Shown here piece after piece: positions 9,242 through 17,310 of a DNA stretch of 64,000 nt. The DNA is taken from NCBI GenBank assembly GCA_036400935.1, contig DASWWW010000002.1:137529-201528 (forward strand), written 5' to 3'. This DNA is from Minisyncoccota bacterium. GTDB lineage: Bacteria > Patescibacteriota > Minisyncoccia > Phycocordibacterales > UBA6065. Under the pieces are notes generated by a model. The model saw nothing but the letters and a program-made list of their open reading frames with translations, had not been told where the DNA came from and made no database searches. Position 1 is the first letter of the stretch; each line of letters opens with the position of its first letter. The translations under genes were made by a program, and so were the position numbers.

Positions 9242-10141
9242 TTATTTCTTTGGTATGAGTGAGATTGCCTTTGCGATGATCGGGAGCATGTCCTCGTAGA
9301 AGTTGAGGCTCGCTATCTCGTCTGCCCGGAACCACTCGGCCTTGTCGAGGCCACCGGTCTCCTTGAGGGTGAGGGGCTTGTATGCCGCTTCGGCGAGGAA
9401 GTATGTCACCTGCTTGCGGAGCTTGCCCTTCTCTGGGTGCGTCGCCACGTACTCGTTCGAATCGACGGACTCGAGGAGCTTGATATCAATGCCGATCTCC
9501 TCCTTCACCTTGCGCATGGTGCCTTCCTCCACTGTTTCTGTCTCCAAAAGGCTTCCCTTGGAAAGAGTCCAGCGGCCGAAGACGTCGTGCACGAGGGCAA
9601 GATAGATGCGGCCGTCGTGTCGGGCGAACACGACCGCTCCGCCGAGCTTCACGATAGGCATCTTGTCGAAAGGAATGTTGAACTTGTCGTCCTTCTTCTT
9701 TGACACGGCGTCCTTGCCCGGCTCGCCCATCTCCTTGTATACGGATCCGAGCACGCCGTTCACGAACTTGCCCGAATTCTCGCCGCCAAAGCTCTTTGCG
9801 AGCTCGATAGCCTCGTTGATAGCTACCTTTGCAGGCACCTCGCCGCGATCGGCGAACAAAAGCTCGTAGAGGCCCATGCGCAAGACGTTCCTATCGATGA
9901 TGGAGATCTTGTTCAAAGGCCAGTCAGGGGCCGCCTTTGTGATGATCATGTCGATCTCGGGCTGCTTCTTGAGCACCCCTTCGCCAAGCTCCTGCATAAA
10001 GGCAAGATCGCTGTTTCCCGGCGCAAATTCTGCGGCGTCGCGGCCGATAGCATCAGAGAGGATGCTCGAATTTTGGTCGCGGAAATCCCACTCAAAGAGT
10101 GATTGGAGAACAACTGATCTTGCAAGGTGCCTGTTTGCCAT
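9242..10141 (-). CDS. nusB: NusB antitermination-factor domain fused to a C-terminal Nudix hydrolase domain
   Basis: N-terminal half: DRNVLRMGLYELLF...VPAKVAINEAIELAKSFGGENSGKFVNGVLGSV, which is NusB. C-terminal half: GGAVVF...GRWTLSKGSLLETETVEEGTMRKVKEEIGI, which matches the Nudix box GX5EX7REUXEEXGU. Confidence 0.8.
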   Translation of the reverse strand: MANRHLARSVVLQSLFEWDFRDQNSSILSDAIGRDAAEFAPGNSDLAFMQELGEGVLKKQPEIDMIITKAAPDWPLNKISIIDRNVLRMGLYELLFADRGEVPAKVAINEAIELAKSFGGENSGKFVNGVLGSVYKEMGEPGKDAVSKKKDDKFNIPFDKMPIVKLGGAVVFARHDGRIYLALVHDVFGRWTLSKGSLLETETVEEGTMRKVKEEIGIDIKLLESVDSNEYVATHPEKGKLRKQVTYFLAEAAYKPLTLKETGGLDKAEWFRADEIASLNFYEDMLPIIAKAISLIPKK

Positions 10142-10209
10142 AAATTACTTAAACTCTGAATCCTAACCTATACCTCTAGTGTATAGCGTTAGACATCAAA
10201 GCTCAAGCC

Positions 10210-10434
10210 TTATCGGGCTGTCTGAGCTTCCTTCATTTTCTTCTCCTTCTTGGCGAGCTTCTTGTCCATGTCGATGGCGACAAGGTTCTTGTACTTGCCA
10301 GTGACAGCGCTTGCGCGGTGTCGAAGGTGGATTGTTCCTGTATTTGTATCAGTCGTCAAAGCAGGGTTCTTCAACGCGTGATGAGAGCGTCGATTTCCCG
10401 TATGAGACCGAGTTGATCGCATTCGTACTACCAT
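10210..10434 (-). CDS. rpmF: 50S ribosomal protein L32 with a Lys-rich C-terminal extension
   Basis: RSTRSHTGNRRSHHALKNPALTTDTNTGTIHLRH matches the L32 core (E. coli RSKRGMRRSHDALT...KHLRHH). Confidence 0.8.
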   Translation of the reverse strand: MVVRMRSTRSHTGNRRSHHALKNPALTTDTNTGTIHLRHRASAVTGKYKNLVAIDMDKKLAKKEKKMKEAQTAR

Positions 10435-10477
10435 GTCGATTACTATAGCAGATATTGGCCAAAAGGCAAGATTTGGC

Positions 10478-11071
10478 CTAGAGCAGGCCTTTCATGAAGC
10501 TCTTGCGGTGTATCGGCGTCATCCCGTTCGAGCTAATGGCCGCCAGGTGAAGCGCCGTGCCGTAGCCCTTATGCCTTTCAAAGCCATAGGCTGGATATTT
10601 CTTGGCCATCTTGTCCATATGGCCGTCGCGAGTGACCTTGGCGATGACAGAGGCCATGCTTATGAGGGGAATCTTCTCGTCCCCCTTTATGAAAGTCTCT
10701 TGGTGAACGTATGCCACTGGCGCCTTGAGCGAGCCGTCGAGAAGAACGCTCGTTCCGGACGGGTCGAGACCGAGGGTCGCGAGGCATTCGGCGAGCGCCG
10801 ACCTGATGGCGCCGGTGATTCCGTCCCTGTCGATCTCCCGGGCCGTTCGCGACACGACAGACCATCTCATAGCGCCAGCATCGCGCGCCGCCTGCGCCCT
10901 GGCGAACCACTCTTCCCTCTTTTTTGCCGAGAGTTTTTTCGAATCCCTGATTCCGGCAAACCATCCCATATTGAAATCCGCCGTCACGGAGCACGCGCAG
11001 AGCGTCACCGGGCCAGCCAGAGGGCCACGGCCGACCTCGTCGATGCCGACGATGTTTGAGATTTTGGGCAT
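10478..11071 (-). CDS. rnhB: ribonuclease HII
   Basis: IVGIDEVGRGPLAGPV signature. The ORF is open up to 11188, but that N-terminal extension would translate the palindrome (FVVFFYY), so I prefer the MPKIS start at 11071. Confidence 0.85.
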   Translation of the reverse strand: MPKISNIVGIDEVGRGPLAGPVTLCACSVTADFNMGWFAGIRDSKKLSAKKREEWFARAQAARDAGAMRWSVVSRTAREIDRDGITGAIRSALAECLATLGLDPSGTSVLLDGSLKAPVAYVHQETFIKGDEKIPLISMASVIAKVTRDGHMDKMAKKYPAYGFERHKGYGTALHLAAISSNGMTPIHRKSFMKGLL

Positions 11072-11091
11072 GCTCACAGTATATACTTTTT

Positions 11092-11141
11092 CCGCCATGG
11101 GCGATTTGTAGTAAAAAAATACTACAAATCGCCCATGGCGG
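11092..11141. repeat. perfect 22-bp inverted repeat CCGCCATGGGCGATTTGTAGTA-A6-TACTACAAATCGCCCATGGCGG in the divergent rnhB/dnaE region
   Basis: Read directly from the sequence. It shares the core TTTGTAGTA-W-TACTACAAA with the repeat at 25365-25391. Confidence 0.7.
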
Positions 11142-11224
11142 AAAATACGCATCCCGCCCTCGGCACTACACGGACACGTCAAAGTCAACGCGCATTTAAG
11201 ACCGATTTGTTCTAAAATCTACGC

Positions 11225-14200
11225 ATGGCCCGCTTTATCCACCTCCACACGCACAGCCACTACTCGCTTTTGGCAGCGCTTCCGAAGATCGAAGACCTCG
11301 TAAAGGCGGCAAAGGCCGACGGCGCGCCAGCCCTCGCTCTCACCGACAACGGAAACCTCTACGGGGCGATCGAGTTCTACAAGGAGTGCAAGAAGGCCGG
11401 CATAAAGCCGATCATCGGCATGGACGCATATCTGGCGGCGCGATCGCGCACCGACAAGCAGTCCGGAATCGACTCACGGCGCACCCGCATGGTCTTTCTC
11501 GTCAAAACCGAGGCTGGCTACAAGAACATCATCCAGCTCATCACCAAATCCCACCTCGAGGGCTTCTACTACAAGCCTCGCGTGGACAAGGAGCTCATCA
11601 ATCTCCACAAGGAGGGCCTCATCGCCATCGATTCGGCATTTTCCGGCAACCTGACGACGGCGCTCCAAGGAAACGACATCGCAAAGGCCTGCGAGATCGC
11701 AAACTACTGGAAAGGCGTATTCGGCGCGGACTACTACCTCGAGATCACCCATCATCCCGACATCGACGGCCACGAGACGATCATGGAGCGCACCAAGGAG
11801 GTGGCAAAAAAGACCGGCATCCCTCTGGTAGCCGGCGGAAACGTCTATTACATAAGGCCCGAGGACAAGGCTGCGCAGCAGACCCTCATGCTCGTGAACT
11901 CGTCGGGCGACGACCGCATCAACGACGACGACGTGGCGGATTTCTCATTCATCTCAGACAGCACGGCCCAGAATTATTTCCGCGACATCCCGGAAGCGAT
12001 CGCCAATACGGAAAAGATCGTCGCCGACATCACTTTCGACATGAAGCTCGGAGTCTGGGCTTTCCCCGACTTCCCTTTGCCGCCCGGCGTCACGCCGGCA
12101 GACGCATTGCGCAAGATCGTATTCGAAGGATTCGCAAAGCGAAACGTCGAGCAGACGCCGACGGCGGTAGAGCGCGTCGAGTACGAGCTCAAGGTCATCA
12201 AGGATAAGGGTTACGAAGCCTACTTCCTCATCGTGGCCGACCTTCTCGCATACGCACGAACCCACGGAATCCTTTCGAACATCCGAGGATCCGTTTCCGG
12301 ATCGATGGTTACGTACCTGTCGGGCATCACGAACCTCAACCCGATGGAGTACGAGATCCCATTCGAGCGATTCCTCAATCCGGACCGACCTTCGGCGCCC
12401 GATATCGACATGGACTACGCCGACGACCGCCGCGACGAGATGATGGAGTACGCAAAGCAGAAGTACGGCTCTGACCGCGTGGCTCAGATCGGTACCTTCG
12501 GAACCATGGCCGCCCGCGGATCGGTCCGAGACGTCACGCGCGCCCTCGGATTCCCGGTAGAGATGGGCAACAGGCTCTCGACCCTGATCCCTATGGGCTC
12601 GCAGGGATTCCCTATGACTATCGACAAGGCGCTCGAGGATGTCGAGGAGCTTCGCACCCTCTACAAGAACGAGGCCGACGTGAAGCGCATCATCGACATG
12701 GCCAAGAAGATCGAAGGCTGTGCCCGCCAAATGGGAGTGCACGCAGCCGGAATCGTCATCTCGCCTACCTCGCTCACAAATTTCACCCCGCTCCAGCTCG
12801 ACCCGAAGGGCGAGGGCAAGATCATCACCCAGTACGACATGTACTCGATCGACGAGAACGGCGCGGGCCTCCTCAAGTTCGACTTCCTTGGGTTGAAAAA
12901 CCTCTCTATCATCGCCGACGCCCTCAAATTCATAAAGGAGAACCACGGCGTGACAATCGACCTCGACACCATGTCGGTCGACGACAAGAAGACATTCGAA
13001 ATGCTCGCCCGCGGCGAGACGTCCGACCTCTTCCAGCTCAACGGAGACGGCATGACCAAATATTTGAAGGACCTCCGCCCGACATCGATCCACGACATCA
13101 ACGCTATGGTGGCCCTCTACCGACCGGGCCCAATCCAGTTCATCCCTCAGTACATCGAGCGAAAGCACAATCCGAAGCTCATTACCTACCTCGACCCTGC
13201 CCTCGAGCCGATTTTGAAAAAGACATACGGAATTCTCGTCTATCAGGACGACCTCCTGATGATGGCGAACAAGCTCGCGGGATATACCTGGGGCGAAGTG
13301 GACAAATTCCGAAAGGCCGTCGGAAAGAAGATTCCGGAAGAGATGGCCGCGCAGAAAGAAAAGTTCATCGCAGGCTGCGTAAAGTACCAGAAATGGCCTG
13401 AAAAGAAAGCCAAGGAGCTTTGGACATGGATCGAGCCCTTCGCGGCATACGGATTCAACAAGGCACACTCTGTGTCGTACGGACGCGTCGCGTACCAGAC
13501 CGCATACTTGAAAGCAAACTATCCTGGCGAATACATGACCGCAATCCTCATCCACGAAGCCGGAGACGTCGAGAAGGTCGCAGAGTCGATCAAGGAATGC
13601 AAGCGCATGAACATCGCCGTGCTTCCGCCGTCAGTCGGACAAAGCCAGGAAAAATTCGCCCTCATCAAGGGCGCGGGCAAGGACGGCGCGGACGTCATCC
13701 GCTTCGGCCTGAACTCGATCAAGAACTTCGGAGAGAACGCCGCAAAAGCCATCATCGAGGAGCGCAAGCGGGGCGGCCCGTTCAAGTCCCTCTCGGACTT
13801 CCTTTCGCGCGTCAAAGGCAAAGACATGAACAAGAAGTCGCTCGAATCCCTCATCAAGGCTGGGGGCATGGACGAGTTCGACGACCGCATCAAAATGTAC
13901 GGCAACCTCGACCGCCTGCTCGACTACAGCAAGGAAAAGGCCAAGGCCGGAAACAATCAGGACTCCCTATTCCTAGGCTTTGCGAACCACGACGAGGTGC
14001 GCCTCGATCCTGTCCCGATGACGGATGCTTCGGCCCGCGAGAAATTGAATTGGGAAAAGGAGCTCCTCGGCCTCTACATTTCCGGACATCCCTTGGACCG
14101 ATACAAGGCCGTGCTCGCCAAGAGCCCTATAAACATAGCAAGCATCAAAGCGAAAGCCCTGAAGGAGCTCGCCAACGTGAATGAGCAGATCGCCAAAGCC

Positions 14201-14491
14201 AAGGAAAAGGGCGTGAAGCCGCCAAAGGGCCTCGGCATCAAGGAAGACATGGTCGTCATCGGCTGCATCATCGAGGAGGCCCGCGTCATCATGACAAAGA
14301 AGAACGAGCCGATGGCCTTCATCCGCATCCTCGACCTGACCGGCACTATGGAGGCAGTCGTATTCCCAAAATCGTTCGCCCGCTTCAAGAACAGCATCGT
14401 TCCCGACAAATGCATCGCGCTCAAGGCAAAAGTCTCCGAGCGCAACGGCGAGATCTCGCTCATGCTCGAGGGATTGATGGAACTGAAATAA
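11225..14491 (+). CDS. dnaE: DNA polymerase III alpha subunit
   Basis: PHP-domain N-terminus MARFIHLHTHSHYSLL, then polymerase core and OB domain; 1088 aa. Confidence 0.95.
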   Translation: MARFIHLHTHSHYSLLAALPKIEDLVKAAKADGAPALALTDNGNLYGAIEFYKECKKAGIKPIIGMDAYLAARSRTDKQSGIDSRRTRMVFLVKTEAGYKNIIQLITKSHLEGFYYKPRVDKELINLHKEGLIAIDSAFSGNLTTALQGNDIAKACEIANYWKGVFGADYYLEITHHPDIDGHETIMERTKEVAKKTGIPLVAGGNVYYIRPEDKAAQQTLMLVNSSGDDRINDDDVADFSFISDSTAQNYFRDIPEAIANTEKIVADITFDMKLGVWAFPDFPLPPGVTPADALRKIVFEGFAKRNVEQTPTAVERVEYELKVIKDKGYEAYFLIVADLLAYARTHGILSNIRGSVSGSMVTYLSGITNLNPMEYEIPFERFLNPDRPSAPDIDMDYADDRRDEMMEYAKQKYGSDRVAQIGTFGTMAARGSVRDVTRALGFPVEMGNRLSTLIPMGSQGFPMTIDKALEDVEELRTLYKNEADVKRIIDMAKKIEGCARQMGVHAAGIVISPTSLTNFTPLQLDPKGEGKIITQYDMYSIDENGAGLLKFDFLGLKNLSIIADALKFIKENHGVTIDLDTMSVDDKKTFEMLARGETSDLFQLNGDGMTKYLKDLRPTSIHDINAMVALYRPGPIQFIPQYIERKHNPKLITYLDPALEPILKKTYGILVYQDDLLMMANKLAGYTWGEVDKFRKAVGKKIPEEMAAQKEKFIAGCVKYQKWPEKKAKELWTWIEPFAAYGFNKAHSVSYGRVAYQTAYLKANYPGEYMTAILIHEAGDVEKVAESIKECKRMNIAVLPPSVGQSQEKFALIKGAGKDGADVIRFGLNSIKNFGENAAKAIIEERKRGGPFKSLSDFLSRVKGKDMNKKSLESLIKAGGMDEFDDRIKMYGNLDRLLDYSKEKAKAGNNQDSLFLGFANHDEVRLDPVPMTDASAREKLNWEKELLGLYISGHPLDRYKAVLAKSPINIASIKAKALKELANVNEQIAKAKEKGVKPPKGLGIKEDMVVIGCIIEEARVIMTKKNEPMAFIRILDLTGTMEAVVFPKSFARFKNSIVPDKCIALKAKVSERNGEISLMLEGLMELK

Positions 14492-14517
14492 TTTCAGCCA
14501 TAAAAAAGACGCCCACA

Positions 14518-15510
14518 TTAATGGGCGCCCCTCTCCGATTCCAATTGCCTGTAGACCGCCATCTTCTCCTTATCGCCCTGGCCGTTGAGGTCGCATATGC
14601 GGAAGCCTACCAGCAGAGCGCACTGAGTGTTCAAGAGCTTCCTGCCGGCCTCGGTCTTTTGGGCGTCGAACATCGCCGCCAGGCCCTCCCGCTCTTCGAA
14701 CGTTATGGAGGCGACGACTTTTCTCATGCTCTTCTCCCGGACATTGCGGCGAGCGATCTTTTCGATAAAGGCGGAATACTTGCCATCGACGAGCCGGTCC
14801 ATGATAGCGCCCGCCATGCTGTGCATCTCAAGCTCCTCGAGGACCCTGTCGTCGCTGCTGCGATCTATCTCCTGACCCCTGCGCTTCCCGGTCTCCTTGT
14901 TCCAGATGAAGGCATGGCCGAGCTCGTGATAAATGACGCCCGTCATGATCTTGTCGGGAATCTCTACCGCGGGGACGGCTATGGTGTTGGCGCCAGTATT
15001 CCATTTGGGCGTATACCAGTCGTTGTCCTTGAAGCAGTTCTCCTCTGACACGAAGCAGAATCCGAGCTCCTCGCCCATAGGCGGCTTGAGGTCGGTCTGA
15101 TCGGGCCTGCCGAGAAACGTGATAGGCGCCTGGCCGAAGCCCTTCGGCGTCACGTAGCCGACGCGCAAGGAATGGAACCGGGCGGCGATCCGCTCCGTAT
15201 CCGGAGAAAAATGCCGCGCGGAATTCACGAGTGCCTGGATCTTATTCTTCTTCGATTCAAGAAGGTAGTACCATTCGATGGCCGTATCGGGATCTTTCCT
15301 GAGCCACCAGACATCCGTATGGCGGCTCGTCACGATGTTGGTGACGATAAAGCTCCTGAACGACGCTAGCACTTCCTCCTTCTCGCGCTTCTTGCGATCG
15401 ATGATCCTGAAGCAGGATACGATCGCCAGAACCAGCAGGACGGCGATGCCCGCATAGGCCCATCCCCTGTTGCTTTTCCCATTAGGTATCTTGACTGTCG
15501 GTTTTTTCAC
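14518..15510 (-). CDS. membrane-anchored putative zinc metallopeptidase (HExxH)
   Basis: N-terminal TM helix AYAGIAVLLVLAIVSCF. VIYHELGHAFIW HExxH motif with a downstream EELEMH glutamate. Confidence 0.5.
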   Translation of the reverse strand: MKKPTVKIPNGKSNRGWAYAGIAVLLVLAIVSCFRIIDRKKREKEEVLASFRSFIVTNIVTSRHTDVWWLRKDPDTAIEWYYLLESKKNKIQALVNSARHFSPDTERIAARFHSLRVGYVTPKGFGQAPITFLGRPDQTDLKPPMGEELGFCFVSEENCFKDNDWYTPKWNTGANTIAVPAVEIPDKIMTGVIYHELGHAFIWNKETGKRRGQEIDRSSDDRVLEELEMHSMAGAIMDRLVDGKYSAFIEKIARRNVREKSMRKVVASITFEEREGLAAMFDAQKTEAGRKLLNTQCALLVGFRICDLNGQGDKEKMAVYRQLESERGAH

Positions 15511-15671
15511 GGTTCGAAACTCCCAGAATATAGGTTTGGTTGAAGAAATTGGTTTTGAAAGAACGGCCTATAAAATACCATTAAAATTGAAATTTGACAA
15601 TATTTCATGCTTCGAAAGAAGCGCGTGGTTTTGACTTTCATACCTAATAAAAGTAATCTCTACTCCGGAAG

Positions 15672-15880
15672 ACGGCGTGATCGGTAGCGCGCCGGCCTGT
15701 CAGCCATGGCCACAGGGTGGTTCGCGGATGTCTTTGCTCGGTTCCAAACGCCCGAGAAAATCCGTAAGCCCACTATCGAGACAGGGACGTAGCATCTGAG
15801 CAAGCGCCTGACATCGTGATGCAGCTGCGTCCTACCATACAAAGGGCGGGGATTCATAATCCTCGCCCTTTCTGATTTTC
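15672..15880 (+). ncRNA. candidate structured small RNA (unclassified)
   Basis: A GC-rich, hairpin-rich island inside a 410-bp AT-rich intergenic region. A TTGACT-17-TAATCT promoter-like element precedes it and it ends in a terminator, AAGGGCGGGG-TTCATAAT-CCTCGCCCTT plus a T-run, at about 15841-15880. There is no credible ORF. Confidence 0.25.
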
Positions 15881-15923
15881 ATTGACAAAAACCCATTTTA
15901 TTATACTTTGACAGCAAACGGTT

Positions 15924-16694
15924 GTGTTGAGAGCAGAAGAAATGTCGCCAAACGGCTATCTTTCTTCTGCTTTCAAATACAATCCAATGAACATCACACT
16001 GACACCTGAACAGAATGCAAAGGTAGGGCCAGAAATTGTCGCCCTGCTCGCGAAAAGCGATATCGATATCCCTGTGGGCCACACTGCCGAAGTGAGCGTG
16101 CGAATCATCAGCGCTTTCTTCCCTTCCGTCGAGATCGTCCATATAAATCCCGAGCTCGACAAAAAACTGGCTGCGCCGGCGCGAAGCCTGACTCTCAAGA
16201 AGGGCTCGCAAGGGCGCTTTGTAAACAGCATCGTTAATAGAGGCAACCTCCACACGATCGGCGAACTGGTACGCAGCACGGACGAGCAGCTGCTAGCGCT
16301 GCACAACGTGTCAAAAGGCACGGTCGCGGGCGTCAAGGACGCTCTGTCGGAAATCGGACTCTCAACTGGCATGAAGATGCCGGTCGGTCCGCAAGAGAAG
16401 GAGGCTAGGCGGCAACGCAGGCTTTGCATCAAAGTCCATAGCTATAGCTGGAGCCAAAGCACCATTCAAGGAATCCCCGATGGAATAATGCTCTTCGTCT
16501 CAGATTCAGGATTCTACTCGGCGCACCAATTTCTAAACGGACGTTCCAAGGATACTCTTGTAAGGCTTCTCGGCCAATGCACCCTTCTACGAGAAAACGA
16601 TGAAAGCTCCGTGAAGTGGCTGCTCATGCATCCAACGGGAGAATGCCGATACCAGGTAATCTTCGACGCTATATACAGCCACTGCAACGGCTAG
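15924..16694 (+). CDS. hypothetical protein with an RNA polymerase alpha-subunit C-terminal-domain-like (helix-hairpin-helix) module
   Basis: FVNSIVNRGNLHTIGELVRSTDEQLLALHNVSKGTVAGVKDALSEIGLSTGM closely resembles RpoA alpha-CTD ([42 protein letters not shown]). TTGACA-15-TATACT lies upstream. Confidence 0.55.
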   Translation: MLRAEEMSPNGYLSSAFKYNPMNITLTPEQNAKVGPEIVALLAKSDIDIPVGHTAEVSVRIISAFFPSVEIVHINPELDKKLAAPARSLTLKKGSQGRFVNSIVNRGNLHTIGELVRSTDEQLLALHNVSKGTVAGVKDALSEIGLSTGMKMPVGPQEKEARRQRRLCIKVHSYSWSQSTIQGIPDGIMLFVSDSGFYSAHQFLNGRSKDTLVRLLGQCTLLRENDESSVKWLLMHPTGECRYQVIFDAIYSHCNG

Positions 16695-16742
16695 GCCCGC
16701 GACTTGTATCGCGGGCTTTTTTATTGGTTTTTCACAACCCCA

Positions 16743-17003
16743 TTACGAGTTTTCAGCTATCGCAATCATCGCAAATGCGACATACACAACGACTCCTAGG
16801 ATTGAAAGCACAAAAATGCGCCTGCTGCCCTTGGCAAGCGAAAAAAGCCAGGTAGTGACACCGATCCAAACCAAGGTTCCTAGCCAACCGAACATTATGA
16901 ACATATTGTAATTAGTCGGCATCGACAGCGTCGCAACAAGTCCCGTGCACACATAGTACGCAGACCAGCCAACGACAGACAAAAGGGCTCTTAGGGCTTT
17001 CAT
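16743..17003 (-). CDS. small membrane protein (86 aa)
   Basis: Three predicted hydrophobic helices. Confidence 0.4.
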   Translation of the reverse strand: MKALRALLSVVGWSAYYVCTGLVATLSMPTNYNMFIMFGWLGTLVWIGVTTWLFSLAKGSRRIFVLSILGVVVYVAFAMIAIAENS

Positions 17004-17089
17004 TTTGGATTAATTATTTTGTTGCTGTTTAGTATAGAAGCAAATCTTGCCAACGTAAACACGCCCATCGCGGCGCGCCGGCACATTTG

Positions 17090-17300
17090 ACCAAATCGGC
17101 TTGCCGCTATACCATTAGCCCTATCAGAGATCGCCTTGGCTACCAACCAGGGGCCGTACAGACGGCAGGAAACTCCAATCTGACCAAAGAGACAAAAGCC
17201 AGGTGGAACCGCGACGCAAATCGCCCTAGCAAATACATGACTTCGGTCGTGTCGTTGCTAGGGCGCTTTTCTTTATCAGGCAACTTTATCCAATAACCAT
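17090..17300 (+). promoter_or_regulatory. candidate T-box leader (tRNA-sensing riboswitch) upstream of thrS
   Basis: GGTGGAACCGCG matches the T-box core GGUGGNACCGCG and lies about 25 nt upstream of the terminator hairpin CCCTAGCAA...TTGCTAGGG plus U-run, immediately before the thrS ATG. An AGAGA motif and ACC triplets are present in the 5' part. Confidence 0.4.
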
Positions 17301-17310
17301 TACAAACAAC

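Noticed and set aside
11071-11188. A 5' extension of the rnhB ORF (MTLTCPCSAEGGMRIFRHGRFVVFFYYKSPMAEK...) up to 11188.
   Set aside because: The extension merely translates the 22-bp palindrome (FVVFFYY), is not protein-like, and has no RNase HII counterpart. The start is placed at MPKIS (11071).
11386-13555. Long alternative-frame and antisense ORFs inside dnaE (273 aa on the plus strand; 533 aa on the minus strand).
   Set aside because: They are Arg/Gly/His-rich with low-complexity composition, which is typical of spurious ORFs in high-GC coding sequence. The dnaE frame carries unmistakable PHP and polymerase motifs.
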